A stretch of 36,762 nt of DNA, taken from positions 1-36,762 of the forward strand of contig JBGAIQ010000053.1 in NCBI GenBank assembly GCA_044225365.1, given 5' to 3'. Source of the DNA: Planctomycetota bacterium. Lineage in GTDB: Bacteria; Planctomycetota; B15-G4; JADJEK01. The translations under genes were made by a program, and so were the position numbers. Positions 8,745-17,975 of the stretch are shown piece after piece. The notes under the pieces were generated by a model that was given only the letters and a program-made list of their open reading frames with translations, ran no database searches and had not been told where the DNA came from. Within the stretch, counting starts at the first letter, position 1; every line of letters starts with the position of its first letter.

Positions 8745-8789
8745 CGCCGCCCGCGCCGCCCGCTGAGGACGGCGCGGGCGGCGTCGTTT
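8745..8789. terminator. GC-rich hairpin between convergent genes, probable intrinsic terminator
   Basis: 14-bp perfect stem CGCCGCCCGCGCCG (8745-8758) / CGGCGCGGGCGGCG (8770-8783), followed by TCGTTT. Confidence 0.65.
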
Positions 8790-9718
8790 CAACGATCGGG
8801 GCGGCGCTGAAGCGTCAGCGTGAGATCGATCGTCGATTTCAGCCGAGTCTCCTTGCCCTGGTAGACCATACCTACCTCCATCTCGACCGGCACGTGGAGC
8901 TCACCCGTGAGCGGTGCGATGGAATGGCGAGACACGACGATCTTGCCGCGCGCCGTCGCGGAAGCGGAGAGAAGCTGCGCCTTGCTCGTGTCGTCCTTCG
9001 CGCTCGGCAGGTCGATCGCCTGTGGATGACCGTTCAATGTGAGATCGGCCCCGAACGTCAGCTCCTTCTCGTCGCTCGCCAGTAGCGTATACGTTCCCTC
9101 GAGATCGAGCTTCATTCCGGAGAGCGTGACGACGCGTCGGTCGCGAAGAACCGCACCGGTGCCGATCGCGGCGCTCGGCCGCGGGATCGAGAACAGCTCG
9201 AAGCTGGAACGCACGGTCTGCAGCAACTGCCGGACGGTGCTCGGCACGCTGCGAGGCAGGGTGACATCGGCGTCGAGGATGCGACCGAAGGCATCGGCCG
9301 TGTACGAGCCCTTGAAGCCTTTGGGATCGAACTTGCCGAAGTCTTCCTTCCACTGCTTGTAGAGCTCAGGGCTCGCGTCCTTGCCATCGATCGCCGAATC
9401 GACGATCTCGAACGCGCCACGCATCGGGTCGTTCGCTCCGGAGGGATCCGGCTTGAACTCGATGCCGAGTCGCACCGGCGCGACGCGTTGATCGTGCTGA
9501 CTCTCGGCGCCGCTCAGCACGCCGATGATCATCTGCACGACGAGTTCGGCCTTCTGCGACGGGGCGGGCGGCGTCGTGATCGAGATCTCCTGCTTCTCGC
9601 CGTCGCCGGCCTTCTCGACGTTCGGAGGAATCGCATCGGAGTCCGACTTCGAACATCCGGTGAAGGCCGCGACGAGGACCGAGACCGCGATACTTCGGGA
9701 GAATTGGGAGAGGATCAT
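8789..9718 (-). CDS. Putative lipoprotein, beta-rich, unknown function
   Basis: Lipobox AAFTG-C after a hydrophobic stretch; protein-like composition over 309 aa. Confidence 0.75.
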   Translation of the reverse strand: MILSQFSRSIAVSVLVAAFTGCSKSDSDAIPPNVEKAGDGEKQEISITTPPAPSQKAELVVQMIIGVLSGAESQHDQRVAPVRLGIEFKPDPSGANDPMRGAFEIVDSAIDGKDASPELYKQWKEDFGKFDPKGFKGSYTADAFGRILDADVTLPRSVPSTVRQLLQTVRSSFELFSIPRPSAAIGTGAVLRDRRVVTLSGMKLDLEGTYTLLASDEKELTFGADLTLNGHPQAIDLPSAKDDTSKAQLLSASATARGKIVVSRHSIAPLTGELHVPVEMEVGMVYQGKETRLKSTIDLTLTLQRRPDR

Positions 9719-9820
9719 GCCGATGACGGTAGCGGTCGCGAATCCTGAGTTCGAGACGCAGATTGACGCGTCCGCGGAGTTCGTCGTTCGCCTACGATCC
9801 GTCGACTACGGACAAGACTC

Positions 9821-10615
9821 ATGCACGACCTCGAAACTCTCCTCGCACTCGACGACGGTGGACCGTGGCGCTTCGAGCTGCCGCCGGAACTCGGGGATCT
9901 GCTGCTTCCGATCGACAAGCGACGCGGCGAGAAGGGAAAGGAGCCGAAGAGCGACTTCTTCTTCGCCGAGGCGATCGCGGCGGCCGACCTCGCCGGTGCG
10001 ACGATGCTGCGAGAGACTGCGCTCGAGTTCCTGCGAGCGAATCGTTCTTCGACCGATCGCGACGAACGGCTGCTCGAGAACGCGCTTCGCGTTCGTCTGC
10101 TGCTGCAGCAAGCCTCCCGCGCGAGCCTCGATTCCGAGTTCCTGGAGCTCTTGCATCGCGAGGCGTTTCGCGGAATCCTCGCCGACGAGGACCTCGGTGT
10201 CCTGCGTGGCCGGGACGTGGCGCCCGCGGACGACGAGCTTCCCGCGTCCGATGCATTCCAGTGCCCACTGCGCGAACCCCGTGAGTTCGTCGCGGCGCTG
10301 CTGCCCGTCGTCAATGCGGATCCCGGAAGTCGACCACACCTCCATCCGGTATTGAAGGCCGGCCTCGTCCATGCGTTGGTGCAGGTGATGCAGCCCTTCC
10401 GGCGCGGAAGCAGCGCGATCGCTCGATTCCTATGCGTTCGGCAATTGCTGCGCGACGACTATCCCACGAACCTGCCGATGCTGTCCGTCTTCCTCGTACG
10501 TGCGAGGACGCTCGCGAGCGACGTTCCCGGAGCGCTTGCGACCCGCGACCTCACTCCGCTCGTGGTGAATCGCCTGCGCGCAATCTCGCTCGCGGCGGGA
10601 TTGAACGGACCTTGA
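9821..10615 (+). CDS. Fic/Fido-fold protein with degenerate catalytic motif
   Basis: GVLRGRDV...HPVLKAGLVHALVQVMQPFRRGSSAIARFL...LLRDDY follows the Fic pattern (G.lR...V; hP...A...H....iHPFxDGNGRxxR), with H to Q and GNG to GSS. Confidence 0.65.
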   Translation: MHDLETLLALDDGGPWRFELPPELGDLLLPIDKRRGEKGKEPKSDFFFAEAIAAADLAGATMLRETALEFLRANRSSTDRDERLLENALRVRLLLQQASRASLDSEFLELLHREAFRGILADEDLGVLRGRDVAPADDELPASDAFQCPLREPREFVAALLPVVNADPGSRPHLHPVLKAGLVHALVQVMQPFRRGSSAIARFLCVRQLLRDDYPTNLPMLSVFLVRARTLASDVPGALATRDLTPLVVNRLRAISLAAGLNGP

Positions 10616-10695
10616 TCGTGGATCCTTTGAACCGCATCGTTCCGCGTCGTCTTCTTGGTTGAACGCGGTCGCGCAGGAACGAGAATCCAGAGGAC

Positions 10696-12201
10696 ATGCC
10701 GAGCAAGCCGATCGAGACCGTTGCCGCCGTCGACCTCGGGTCGAACAGCTTCCACATGGTGGTGGCGAAGGATCTCCACGCCCAGCTCCATCTGCTCGAT
10801 CGCCTCCGCGAGCGCGTCGCTCTCGCCGAAGGACTCGGCAAGGGCGGCGACCTCGACGAGAAAGTCGCGCAACGCGCGCTCGAGTGCCTGCAGCGCTTCG
10901 GGCAGCGACTGCGGTTCATGCCCGGCAAGGCCGTACGCGCGATCGGCACGAGCACGATGCGCAAGTTGTCGGACAAGGGCCGATTCCATCGCGCCGCCGA
11001 AGCCGCGCTCGGACACCCGATCGAGATCGTGAGCGGCGCCGAGGAGGCGCGACTCGTCTATCTCGGCGTGGCGCATCACGCGCCCTTCGTCCACGGTCGA
11101 CGCCTCGTCGTCGACATCGGCGGCGGAAGCACCGAGGTGATCGTGGGCGAAGCGTTCGACGTACGCGAGCTCGCGAGCCTCGACATGGGTTGCGTCTCCT
11201 GGTCGCAGCGATTCTTCGACGACGGCAAGACGAGCGACGAGCAGTTCGAGAAGGCGGAGATCAAGGCGCAGGTCGAATTGCGCTCGGTGAAGCGACGCCT
11301 TCTGAGTCTCGGGTGGGAGCAAGTCCTCGGCTCGTCGGGCACGATCCGCGCGGTCTCGTCGATCCTCCGCGAGCGCGAAGGCGGCTCCGGGATCATCACG
11401 TGGGATGGTCTCAAATGGCTCCGCGATCGAATCGTCGCAGCGAAGAACGTGAAGAAGCTCGACCTGCCTGGAATGGGCTCGGAACGCGAACCCGTGATCG
11501 CGGGCGGCGTCGCGATCCTGCGCGCAGTGTTTCGCACGCTCTCGATCAAGAGCATGGAAGCGTCACAGGGCGCGCTGCGTGAAGGCGTCCTCTTCGATCT
11601 GCTCGGCCGCATCCACCACGAGGACGTTCGAGATCGGACCATCCGCTCCTATTCGCAGCGCCATCGCGTCGACGAGGAGCAGGCGGCGCGCGTCGAGCGG
11701 TGTGCGCTCGACCTCTTCGCGCAGGCCCGGGAGCCGTGGAATCTCGATGACGGAGACGACGACGACGCGCGTCGGATGCTCTCGTGGGCGGCGCGCCTGC
11801 ACGAAGTCGGCCTCTCGATCTCGTACAGCGGATACCACCGTCACGGCGCGTATCTCGTCGCGAACGGCGAGATGCCCGGCTTCTCCGAGGACGAGAAGCA
11901 CATGCTCGCGGCAATCATTGCCGCGCATCGCAGCAAGCCGACCGAGGAGATCTTCGAGACGCTCGCGCCGAAACAGGCTGCGCTCGCGCGACGGTTATGC
12001 GCTCTTCTGCGCGTCGCCGTTCGGCTCAATCGGAGTCGGAGCCCCCGGGCCCTGCCGCGTCTCCGGCTCACCGTTGGCAAATCCTCGCTCGGGATCGTCT
12101 TTCCGGACGGCTGGCTCGACGAGCACCTGCTGACTCGGACGGATCTGCTCGAGGAGGCTGAGCGGTTCGAGGTCCTTGGGCTTCGGCTGACTATTGGCTG
12201 A
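10696..12201 (+). CDS. ppx: Exopolyphosphatase Ppx/GppA family (long form with HD-like C-terminal domain)
   Basis: AVDLGSNSFHM, SGAEEARL, VDIGGGSTE, GSSGT, ALREG and AARLHEVG motifs. Confidence 0.95.
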   Translation: MPSKPIETVAAVDLGSNSFHMVVAKDLHAQLHLLDRLRERVALAEGLGKGGDLDEKVAQRALECLQRFGQRLRFMPGKAVRAIGTSTMRKLSDKGRFHRAAEAALGHPIEIVSGAEEARLVYLGVAHHAPFVHGRRLVVDIGGGSTEVIVGEAFDVRELASLDMGCVSWSQRFFDDGKTSDEQFEKAEIKAQVELRSVKRRLLSLGWEQVLGSSGTIRAVSSILREREGGSGIITWDGLKWLRDRIVAAKNVKKLDLPGMGSEREPVIAGGVAILRAVFRTLSIKSMEASQGALREGVLFDLLGRIHHEDVRDRTIRSYSQRHRVDEEQAARVERCALDLFAQAREPWNLDDGDDDDARRMLSWAARLHEVGLSISYSGYHRHGAYLVANGEMPGFSEDEKHMLAAIIAAHRSKPTEEIFETLAPKQAALARRLCALLRVAVRLNRSRSPRALPRLRLTVGKSSLGIVFPDGWLDEHLLTRTDLLEEAERFEVLGLRLTIG

Positions 12202-14271
12202 CGCCGAGGCGCGTTCGAGCAGCACGCTCTGCACCGAGCGCGGCTTGCCGGGCGCGCGCGTACGAACGTAGGCGCCGTCGGCCTGGAGGAACCAGGAGCG
12301 GCTGTTGTCCTGCAGCGACAGGTCGAGGGTCTCGAAGAACACGCGACGCTTGATGCGCGCGTCGCGAATCGGGAAGCATGCTTCCACGCGCCACAGCAGA
12401 TTGCGCTCCATCCAGTCGGCGCTGGAGCAGAACAGCTCGCCGGCGCCGCCGGCTTCGAAGTAGAAGACCCGGCTGTGTTCGAGGAAGCGGCCGAGGATCG
12501 ATCGAACACGGATGTTCTCGGAGACCCCGGGGATGCCGGGCTTCAAGCAACAGACGCCGCGCACGATGAGATCGATCTGTACTCCAGCCTGCGACGCTCG
12601 ATACAGCGCCTGGATGACCTTCGGCTCGGTGAGCGCGTTCATCTTGGCGATGATGCGCGCCGGGCGACCCTGCTGCGCGAACGACGCCTCGCGACGGATG
12701 AGCGCGAGAACCGACTTGTGCAGCGAGAACGGCGAGACGAGGAGATGCTTCGGGCGCACGACCTTCGACAGACCCGTGAGCTGATTGAAGAGGTCGGAGA
12801 CGTCCTTCCCGATGCCTTCGTCGCAGGTGAGCAATCCGACGTCGGTGTACGCCTGCGCGGTTCGATGGTGGTAGTTGCCGGTCGCGATGTGGACGAACCG
12901 CGTGAGCCGGGCGCCGTCGCGCCGCACGATGAGCAGCATCTTGGCGTGCGTCTTGTAACCCACGATGCCGTACGAAACGCGGGCACCCGCTTCCTGCAGC
13001 TTGGTGGCGAGATCGATGTTCTGCTCTTCGTCGAAGCGCGCGCGCAGCTCGACCAGCACGGTCACTTCCTTGCCATTGCGCGCAGCCTCGAGCAGCGATT
13101 CGACGATCGGCGATCCCGAACCGACGCGATAGAGCGTCATCTTGATCGCGAGCACTTCGGGATCGCGCGAGGCCTGGCGCAGCATCTCCACGACCGGCGT
13201 GAACGAGTCGTAGGGGTGATGCAGGAACTGATCGCCCTTCTTGATCGCTTCGAAGATGTTGCGTGAGAACTCGAAGACCTTGGGGGTCTGGGGGATGAAG
13301 GGCGCGAACTTCAGATCCGGCCGATCGATCAAGCCGTGGAGCGCCGAGAGGCGATTCAGATTCACGGGCCCGTTGCAGAAGTAGACGTCTTCCTGCGACA
13401 GCTCGAAGCGCTCATAGAGGAACTGCGCCATCTCCTGCGGGCAGGTGTCGGCCACTTCGAGGCGCACGGCTTCACCGAACAGGCGGCCGTGGAGTTCGCC
13501 CTTCAACGCGCGCATCAAGTCGTCGACTTCTTCCTCGTCGACGAGCAGATCGGAATTGCGCGTGACCCGGAACTGGTAGCAGCCCTCGACCTTCATGCCG
13601 GGGAACAGCTCGCCGATATGCGCGTGGATCACGGAGGAGAGCGTGACGAAGTCGTTGTTCGCGCGCGAGAGGTCCGCGGGAAGGGCGATGACGCGCGGCA
13701 GCGAGCGAGGGACCTGGACGACGGCGATCCCCGAGTCGCGTTCGAACGCATCCTCGCCCGAGAGCGAGACGATGAAGTTGAGACTCTTGTTGACGATCCG
13801 CGGGAACGGGTGAGCGGGATCGAGGCCGACCGGCGTGAGCACCGGGAGGACCTGCTCTTGGAAGAACTCGCTGATCCACTGCTGTTGCCTTCGGCTCCAG
13901 TCGCGTCGTTTCGGCAAGTCGTAGCCTTGGGCGGACAGCTCGGGCAGGAGTACTTCGTTCATCACGCGGTACTGCTCGAGGACGAGCTGGTGCGCACGGT
14001 CCGAGACCTTCTTCAGCGTCTCCTGGACCGACATCCCGTCGAGTTCGACTCGTGGGAGATGATGCCGCACGAGCTGCTTCAGACCGGCGACGCGGATCTC
14101 GAAGAACTCGTCGAGGTTGCTGCTGCTGATGGTGAGGAAGCGCACGCGTTCGAGGAGAGGGATCGACGGGTCCTTCGCGAGTTCGAGGACTCGGAAGTTG
14201 AAGTCGAGCTGCGCCAACTCCCGGTTGAAGAAGAGCGCGGCGTCGTTGAGGTGGGTGCGGTGCTTGCTCAT
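11995..14271 (-). CDS. ppk1: Polyphosphate kinase 1
   Basis: FFNRELAQLDFNFRVL, SSNLDEFFEIRVAGL, HPFP, HHPYDSF, ELRARFDEE, KTHAK, TGNY, RFLEHSR, SSADWMERNL. Start taken at MSKHRTH (ATG 14271). The C-terminal tail overlaps ppx. Confidence 0.97.
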   Translation of the reverse strand: MSKHRTHLNDAALFFNRELAQLDFNFRVLELAKDPSIPLLERVRFLTISSSNLDEFFEIRVAGLKQLVRHHLPRVELDGMSVQETLKKVSDRAHQLVLEQYRVMNEVLLPELSAQGYDLPKRRDWSRRQQQWISEFFQEQVLPVLTPVGLDPAHPFPRIVNKSLNFIVSLSGEDAFERDSGIAVVQVPRSLPRVIALPADLSRANNDFVTLSSVIHAHIGELFPGMKVEGCYQFRVTRNSDLLVDEEEVDDLMRALKGELHGRLFGEAVRLEVADTCPQEMAQFLYERFELSQEDVYFCNGPVNLNRLSALHGLIDRPDLKFAPFIPQTPKVFEFSRNIFEAIKKGDQFLHHPYDSFTPVVEMLRQASRDPEVLAIKMTLYRVGSGSPIVESLLEAARNGKEVTVLVELRARFDEEQNIDLATKLQEAGARVSYGIVGYKTHAKMLLIVRRDGARLTRFVHIATGNYHHRTAQAYTDVGLLTCDEGIGKDVSDLFNQLTGLSKVVRPKHLLVSPFSLHKSVLALIRREASFAQQGRPARIIAKMNALTEPKVIQALYRASQAGVQIDLIVRGVCCLKPGIPGVSENIRVRSILGRFLEHSRVFYFEAGGAGELFCSSADWMERNLLWRVEACFPIRDARIKRRVFFETLDLSLQDNSRSWFLQADGAYVRTRAPGKPRSVQSVLLERASASANSQPKPKDLEPLSLLEQIRPSQQVLVEPAVRKDDPERGFANGEPETRQGPGAPTPIEPNGDAQKSA

Positions 14272-14338
14272 GACCACGATCGGGGATGCGGAACGAACCA
14301 GTCTAGCCGGGGAACGGGAGGGCCCATGGCGAAGGGGG

Positions 14339-14355
14339 TGTGAAGATTCGGTCAA
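14339..14355 (-). promoter_or_regulatory. Possible Pho-box-like direct repeat upstream of ppk1
   Basis: Minus strand TTGACC-gaatc-TTCACA (11-nt period), about 70 nt upstream of the ppk1 start. Confidence 0.3.
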
Positions 14356-14538
14356 GGCGCCGCGTTCGATCTAGATTCGAGTTGTTAGTCCCTTATTCAT
14401 ATAATCTTGGAACCGATCGCCTTCGCGCGACCGAGGCCACACTGGCGGTCGGTCTTCCTTCCAGATCGAGTGCGTGGGGGTGAGACTTGAGCGCGGCTTT
14501 GCCGATTCGCACCTCTTGCCTGGTATGCTTCACAACCC

Positions 14539-15243
14539 ATGGACTTGAACCTATTTGCGAAGGGGGCCGGCGCGACGCGCGGGGCCCCGCCGGCGAGTCG
14601 TACGGAGATCGCGCAGCTCGCCGATTCGCTGCGCCTGCGAGGTGTTCGTGTCTCGCTCGCGGGGTTTCCAACGGCCTCGACCCGTTGGCCGCGCGGCCAC
14701 GTCCTCGTCCTTGGGAGCGGGGCGACGCAGAGCGAATTGCTGGCGTTCACTCGCCGAGCGAAGTCGGAGGAACTCGTCTGGCCGAATCCGGGGGTGTTGC
14801 GGCGCGTCGGGGAACGCGGACTCGCGGCGGTACGGTTGGCGATCGAAGGGAAATCGCCGCGAGCGCGTGGCGGCAGAGATTCGCCACGCGCAAAGGACCG
14901 CCGCGATCTCGCGCTGCGTCACGGCATCGTCTCGCTGTTCGCGTTCGGAGGGATCTTCTCGCATGGGGTGCGATCCCTGTTCGATCGCAAACAGCACGGA
15001 CCGGACTGGACGTCGGCGGCACCCATCTTCGCCTCGACCTACGAATTGCTCTACGCGCACCACGCACTCGTCGCGGCGCGAGCGCGCGGGGTCGTGTCGC
15101 GCGTCGATCTGTGTCGCGACGAGGATGGCGTCGTATCGCTGCTGGCGATCGATCCGTCGCCCGACCGATTCGGAGCTTCGATCTGCGAGGAGAGCGTGAT
15201 GCGGTTCGCCGAGACGATCGTGCGGTGGATTCAGCGCACGTAG
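14539..15243 (+). CDS. Truncated/degenerate ATP-grasp-like protein (RimK/GshB/DcsG-like)
   Basis: GIVSLFAFGGIFSHGVR, SRVDLCRDEDG and RFAETI resemble the C-terminal ATP-grasp pattern. No VKP lid region and no ExE/ExN motif. TGGTATGCT extended -10 just upstream. Confidence 0.5.
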   Translation: MDLNLFAKGAGATRGAPPASRTEIAQLADSLRLRGVRVSLAGFPTASTRWPRGHVLVLGSGATQSELLAFTRRAKSEELVWPNPGVLRRVGERGLAAVRLAIEGKSPRARGGRDSPRAKDRRDLALRHGIVSLFAFGGIFSHGVRSLFDRKQHGPDWTSAAPIFASTYELLYAHHALVAARARGVVSRVDLCRDEDGVVSLLAIDPSPDRFGASICEESVMRFAETIVRWIQRT

Positions 15244-17654
15244 CCGAGCTGGCGGAGTCGCTCGGCGAGTTCGGAATCGACCTGCGACTCGACCTTGCCG
15301 ACGGCGCGGGCGCGCAAATACGCTTCGATCGTCGTGAGCGCCGTGCTCACGTTCGAGAACGCGCGCTCCTCGGACTTCTCGATGCTCGAGCGTTCTCCGG
15401 GATCGTTCTTCAGATCGAAGAACTGGATCGGCGGCACCTGAACGACGCCGTCGGAGTACGCAGACGCGTCGTTCTCGATGAGTTTCCAGTTGCCGCGCCG
15501 AAGCGCGGTGCGTCGTGAGTACGGACTCGCGACCTGCGCGTAGAGCGGCGTATCGATGAATCCGGACCGATCTCCCCGCAAGGCCGGAACGCGCGAATGG
15601 CCGTCGAGATTCGCCGGGCGATCGATGTTCAGGAGTTCGAGCAACGTCGGCATGAGGTCGGCCTGGGATACCGGGTCCTTCACGACGGTGTTCGCCGCGA
15701 TCGACGGCGCCACGAAGATCCACGGAACCTGCAGCATCTCCTCGTAGAGCGTGACGGAGTGCCGCAGTCCGCCGTGCTCCATGAATTCCTCGCCGTGGTC
15801 GCTGACGATCGCGATCACTGTGTCCTTCAGCTCGCCCGCGAGTTCGAGGCGGTGTAAGAAGTCGTGAAGTCGACGGTCGGCGTAGTGGATCGTTGCGTCA
15901 TAGCGGTCGCGAAGGTGCGCGACGTCTCCCGCGCTCGCGGGTTCCTTCTGCCAAGTCTGGTCGAGGAGCCAGTTGGGGAACACGCGGCCGGGCGTCGTCG
16001 TCGGTTTGGTGTCGAAGAGTGCGAAGTCCTGTCCCGGCGGCAGGTACTCGTGCACCGCGAAGGTGTGGACGAAGAGGAACCAGGGTTCGTGCCCGCGTGA
16101 CTCGACCCATGCGGCCGCGGCGTCGAGGTTCTGCTTCTGTCGCTGAGATCGTTCCTTCGGCCCGAGCGCATCGATGTGCTCGTCGACGGCCTTGATCGGA
16201 TCCGTGATGGTGAATCGGTCGAATCCAGCGTCGAATCCGAATCCGTCGGACACGAAGCCACCGCCGGTGAAGGCCGCGGTGTGATAACCTGCGGCGCGCA
16301 TCAGGTGGGGGAGATAGGAAACGCGTTCGGTAACGAGTCGATCGGAGGTATGAACCGCGCCGTGACGAGGCGGCATGAGGCCCGTCAGCATCGTGGCGTG
16401 GGTCGGCAGGGTGTACGGCGCGACCGCGCACACCGTCTCGAAGCGCGCGCCACGCCGCGCGAGTTCGTCGATGAACGGCGAGGTCGGCCGCGAATAGCCG
16501 TAGCAGGAGAGGCTGTCCTTGCGCAGCGTGTCGATCGACACGAGGAGGAGATTCTTGCGTCCCGTCGGCTGCGCCTCGCGAAGCAACGGCTCGGCGATCA
16601 GGACCCCGCAGTCTCCTGTCACCGCGATCCGGAACTCGAGGTCGGGCCGCACGGGTTTCTTGCGCTCGGCGGCGCCGGCCGCGCGCGGCGGCAGCGCGAA
16701 CACGACGGTGTCGAATCCGTTCTCAACGCCTTCGGGCAACGCCAGCGACTGCGTTCCCAGGACGATGGGCGGATCGACGTTCGAGACGAGAGCGACTTCG
16801 ATGGCTGCCGATGCCGGGCGCTTCGCGAGCGGATCGAGGGCGAGCGAGAACTCGACGCGATCGGCATCGCGTCGCTCGACGGGTGGGAACGAGAAGGTCG
16901 AACCCTCACGTAGGAAGATGCAGCGACGGACGTCGCCTCCGAGTCGAACGGGCTTGATCCGTTGTTCGAGCGGCGCATCATTCCTTGCCCCAGCCAGGCG
17001 CGAAGCGTCGGTCACTTCGCCCCATTTGTGTGCTGGGCGAACCTGAAGTCCGATCAGTCGAAGCGACGAATCTCCGATCGGGAAGACGGCCGCATACGGT
17101 TGCTTTTGGTCCGATTTCGGAAGCGGCCGATATGCGATCGCGGCCCCACTTCCGTCGAGATCGTCGCTCCAGACCGCGCGATTCTCCGCACCTGCCTTGC
17201 GGTTGGCGAGCATGATCTCCTCTGCCATCGTCACGGATGAGGTCCCTGCAGCCGCGACGGGCAGGGTCACGACGGTGAGCAGCGGACAATCACCCTTCGG
17301 CCGACCGGTCGTCGACTTGAATCGCGCGAGGCATTCGACGTCTTCGTCTCGAGGGACGTCGAAGACCCGCACGAAGCTCGCCTTCGGATAACGCGCCGAC
17401 GTCCGCGTTTCGGGATGGACGTCCGCCAAGTACTTGGCGAGGTCGATCAGCTCCGGAGCAGGCGACGATTCGACGAGGACCTTCCAGCTCGCGTTTCCGC
17501 TCGCATCGCAGAGATTGTCGTCGAATAGAACCGTCCCGCGACCGACCTTTGGAAAGAGGCGGACAGGAAAGGCAGGTCGAGCGATGGAATCGGCATCGTC
17601 GCGCGAGCACCCAGCGGCCGCCACCGCTGTGAGCAAGGTAAGGATGCGCAGCAT
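15231..17654 (-). CDS. Sulfatase-like (alkaline phosphatase superfamily) lipoprotein with Thr at the nucleophile position
   Basis: Lipobox AAAG-C; NLLLVSIDTLRKD, APYTLPTHATMLTG, FLFVHTFAVHEY, YDATIHYAD, SDHGEEF, HSVTLYEE, FDLKNDPGE. Confidence 0.88.
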   Translation of the reverse strand: MLRILTLLTAVAAAGCSRDDADSIARPAFPVRLFPKVGRGTVLFDDNLCDASGNASWKVLVESSPAPELIDLAKYLADVHPETRTSARYPKASFVRVFDVPRDEDVECLARFKSTTGRPKGDCPLLTVVTLPVAAAGTSSVTMAEEIMLANRKAGAENRAVWSDDLDGSGAAIAYRPLPKSDQKQPYAAVFPIGDSSLRLIGLQVRPAHKWGEVTDASRLAGARNDAPLEQRIKPVRLGGDVRRCIFLREGSTFSFPPVERRDADRVEFSLALDPLAKRPASAAIEVALVSNVDPPIVLGTQSLALPEGVENGFDTVVFALPPRAAGAAERKKPVRPDLEFRIAVTGDCGVLIAEPLLREAQPTGRKNLLLVSIDTLRKDSLSCYGYSRPTSPFIDELARRGARFETVCAVAPYTLPTHATMLTGLMPPRHGAVHTSDRLVTERVSYLPHLMRAAGYHTAAFTGGGFVSDGFGFDAGFDRFTITDPIKAVDEHIDALGPKERSQRQKQNLDAAAAWVESRGHEPWFLFVHTFAVHEYLPPGQDFALFDTKPTTTPGRVFPNWLLDQTWQKEPASAGDVAHLRDRYDATIHYADRRLHDFLHRLELAGELKDTVIAIVSDHGEEFMEHGGLRHSVTLYEEMLQVPWIFVAPSIAANTVVKDPVSQADLMPTLLELLNIDRPANLDGHSRVPALRGDRSGFIDTPLYAQVASPYSRRTALRRGNWKLIENDASAYSDGVVQVPPIQFFDLKNDPGERSSIEKSEERAFSNVSTALTTIEAYLRARAVGKVESQVDSELAERLRQLGYVR

Positions 17655-17975
17655 GCGCCGAGAGATCAGAGGAGCTCCTGTTCCGAAACGCGATCAACAG
17701 AACCCTGTTGCGGTGGAAGCTCTTCGACGGTTCTTTCGAACCGAAAAGTTCCAGCGCTTCACGGCGAAATGTCGGCGCACGGACTCGGCCCCCCAAAAGA
17801 AATGGCGGCCCGAACGTCGACCATGAGCTACTATGAAGCTCCTTCTCGATGGTTACGACTCGACCAGGAGAAGTTGCGTTCCAAGCGATCCACAACCGTC
17901 AACTCCTCCCTGGGTTGCGCGGTCTTCTTCACTGTTCCCGAACTTCCCGGCACTCCAACCAATCGTGACCTCGCC

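Noticed and set aside
9821-10615. Fic toxin-antitoxin or mobile/defence island
   Set aside because: No adjacent antitoxin ORF, no integrase, transposase or att-like repeats, and the catalytic motif is degenerate.
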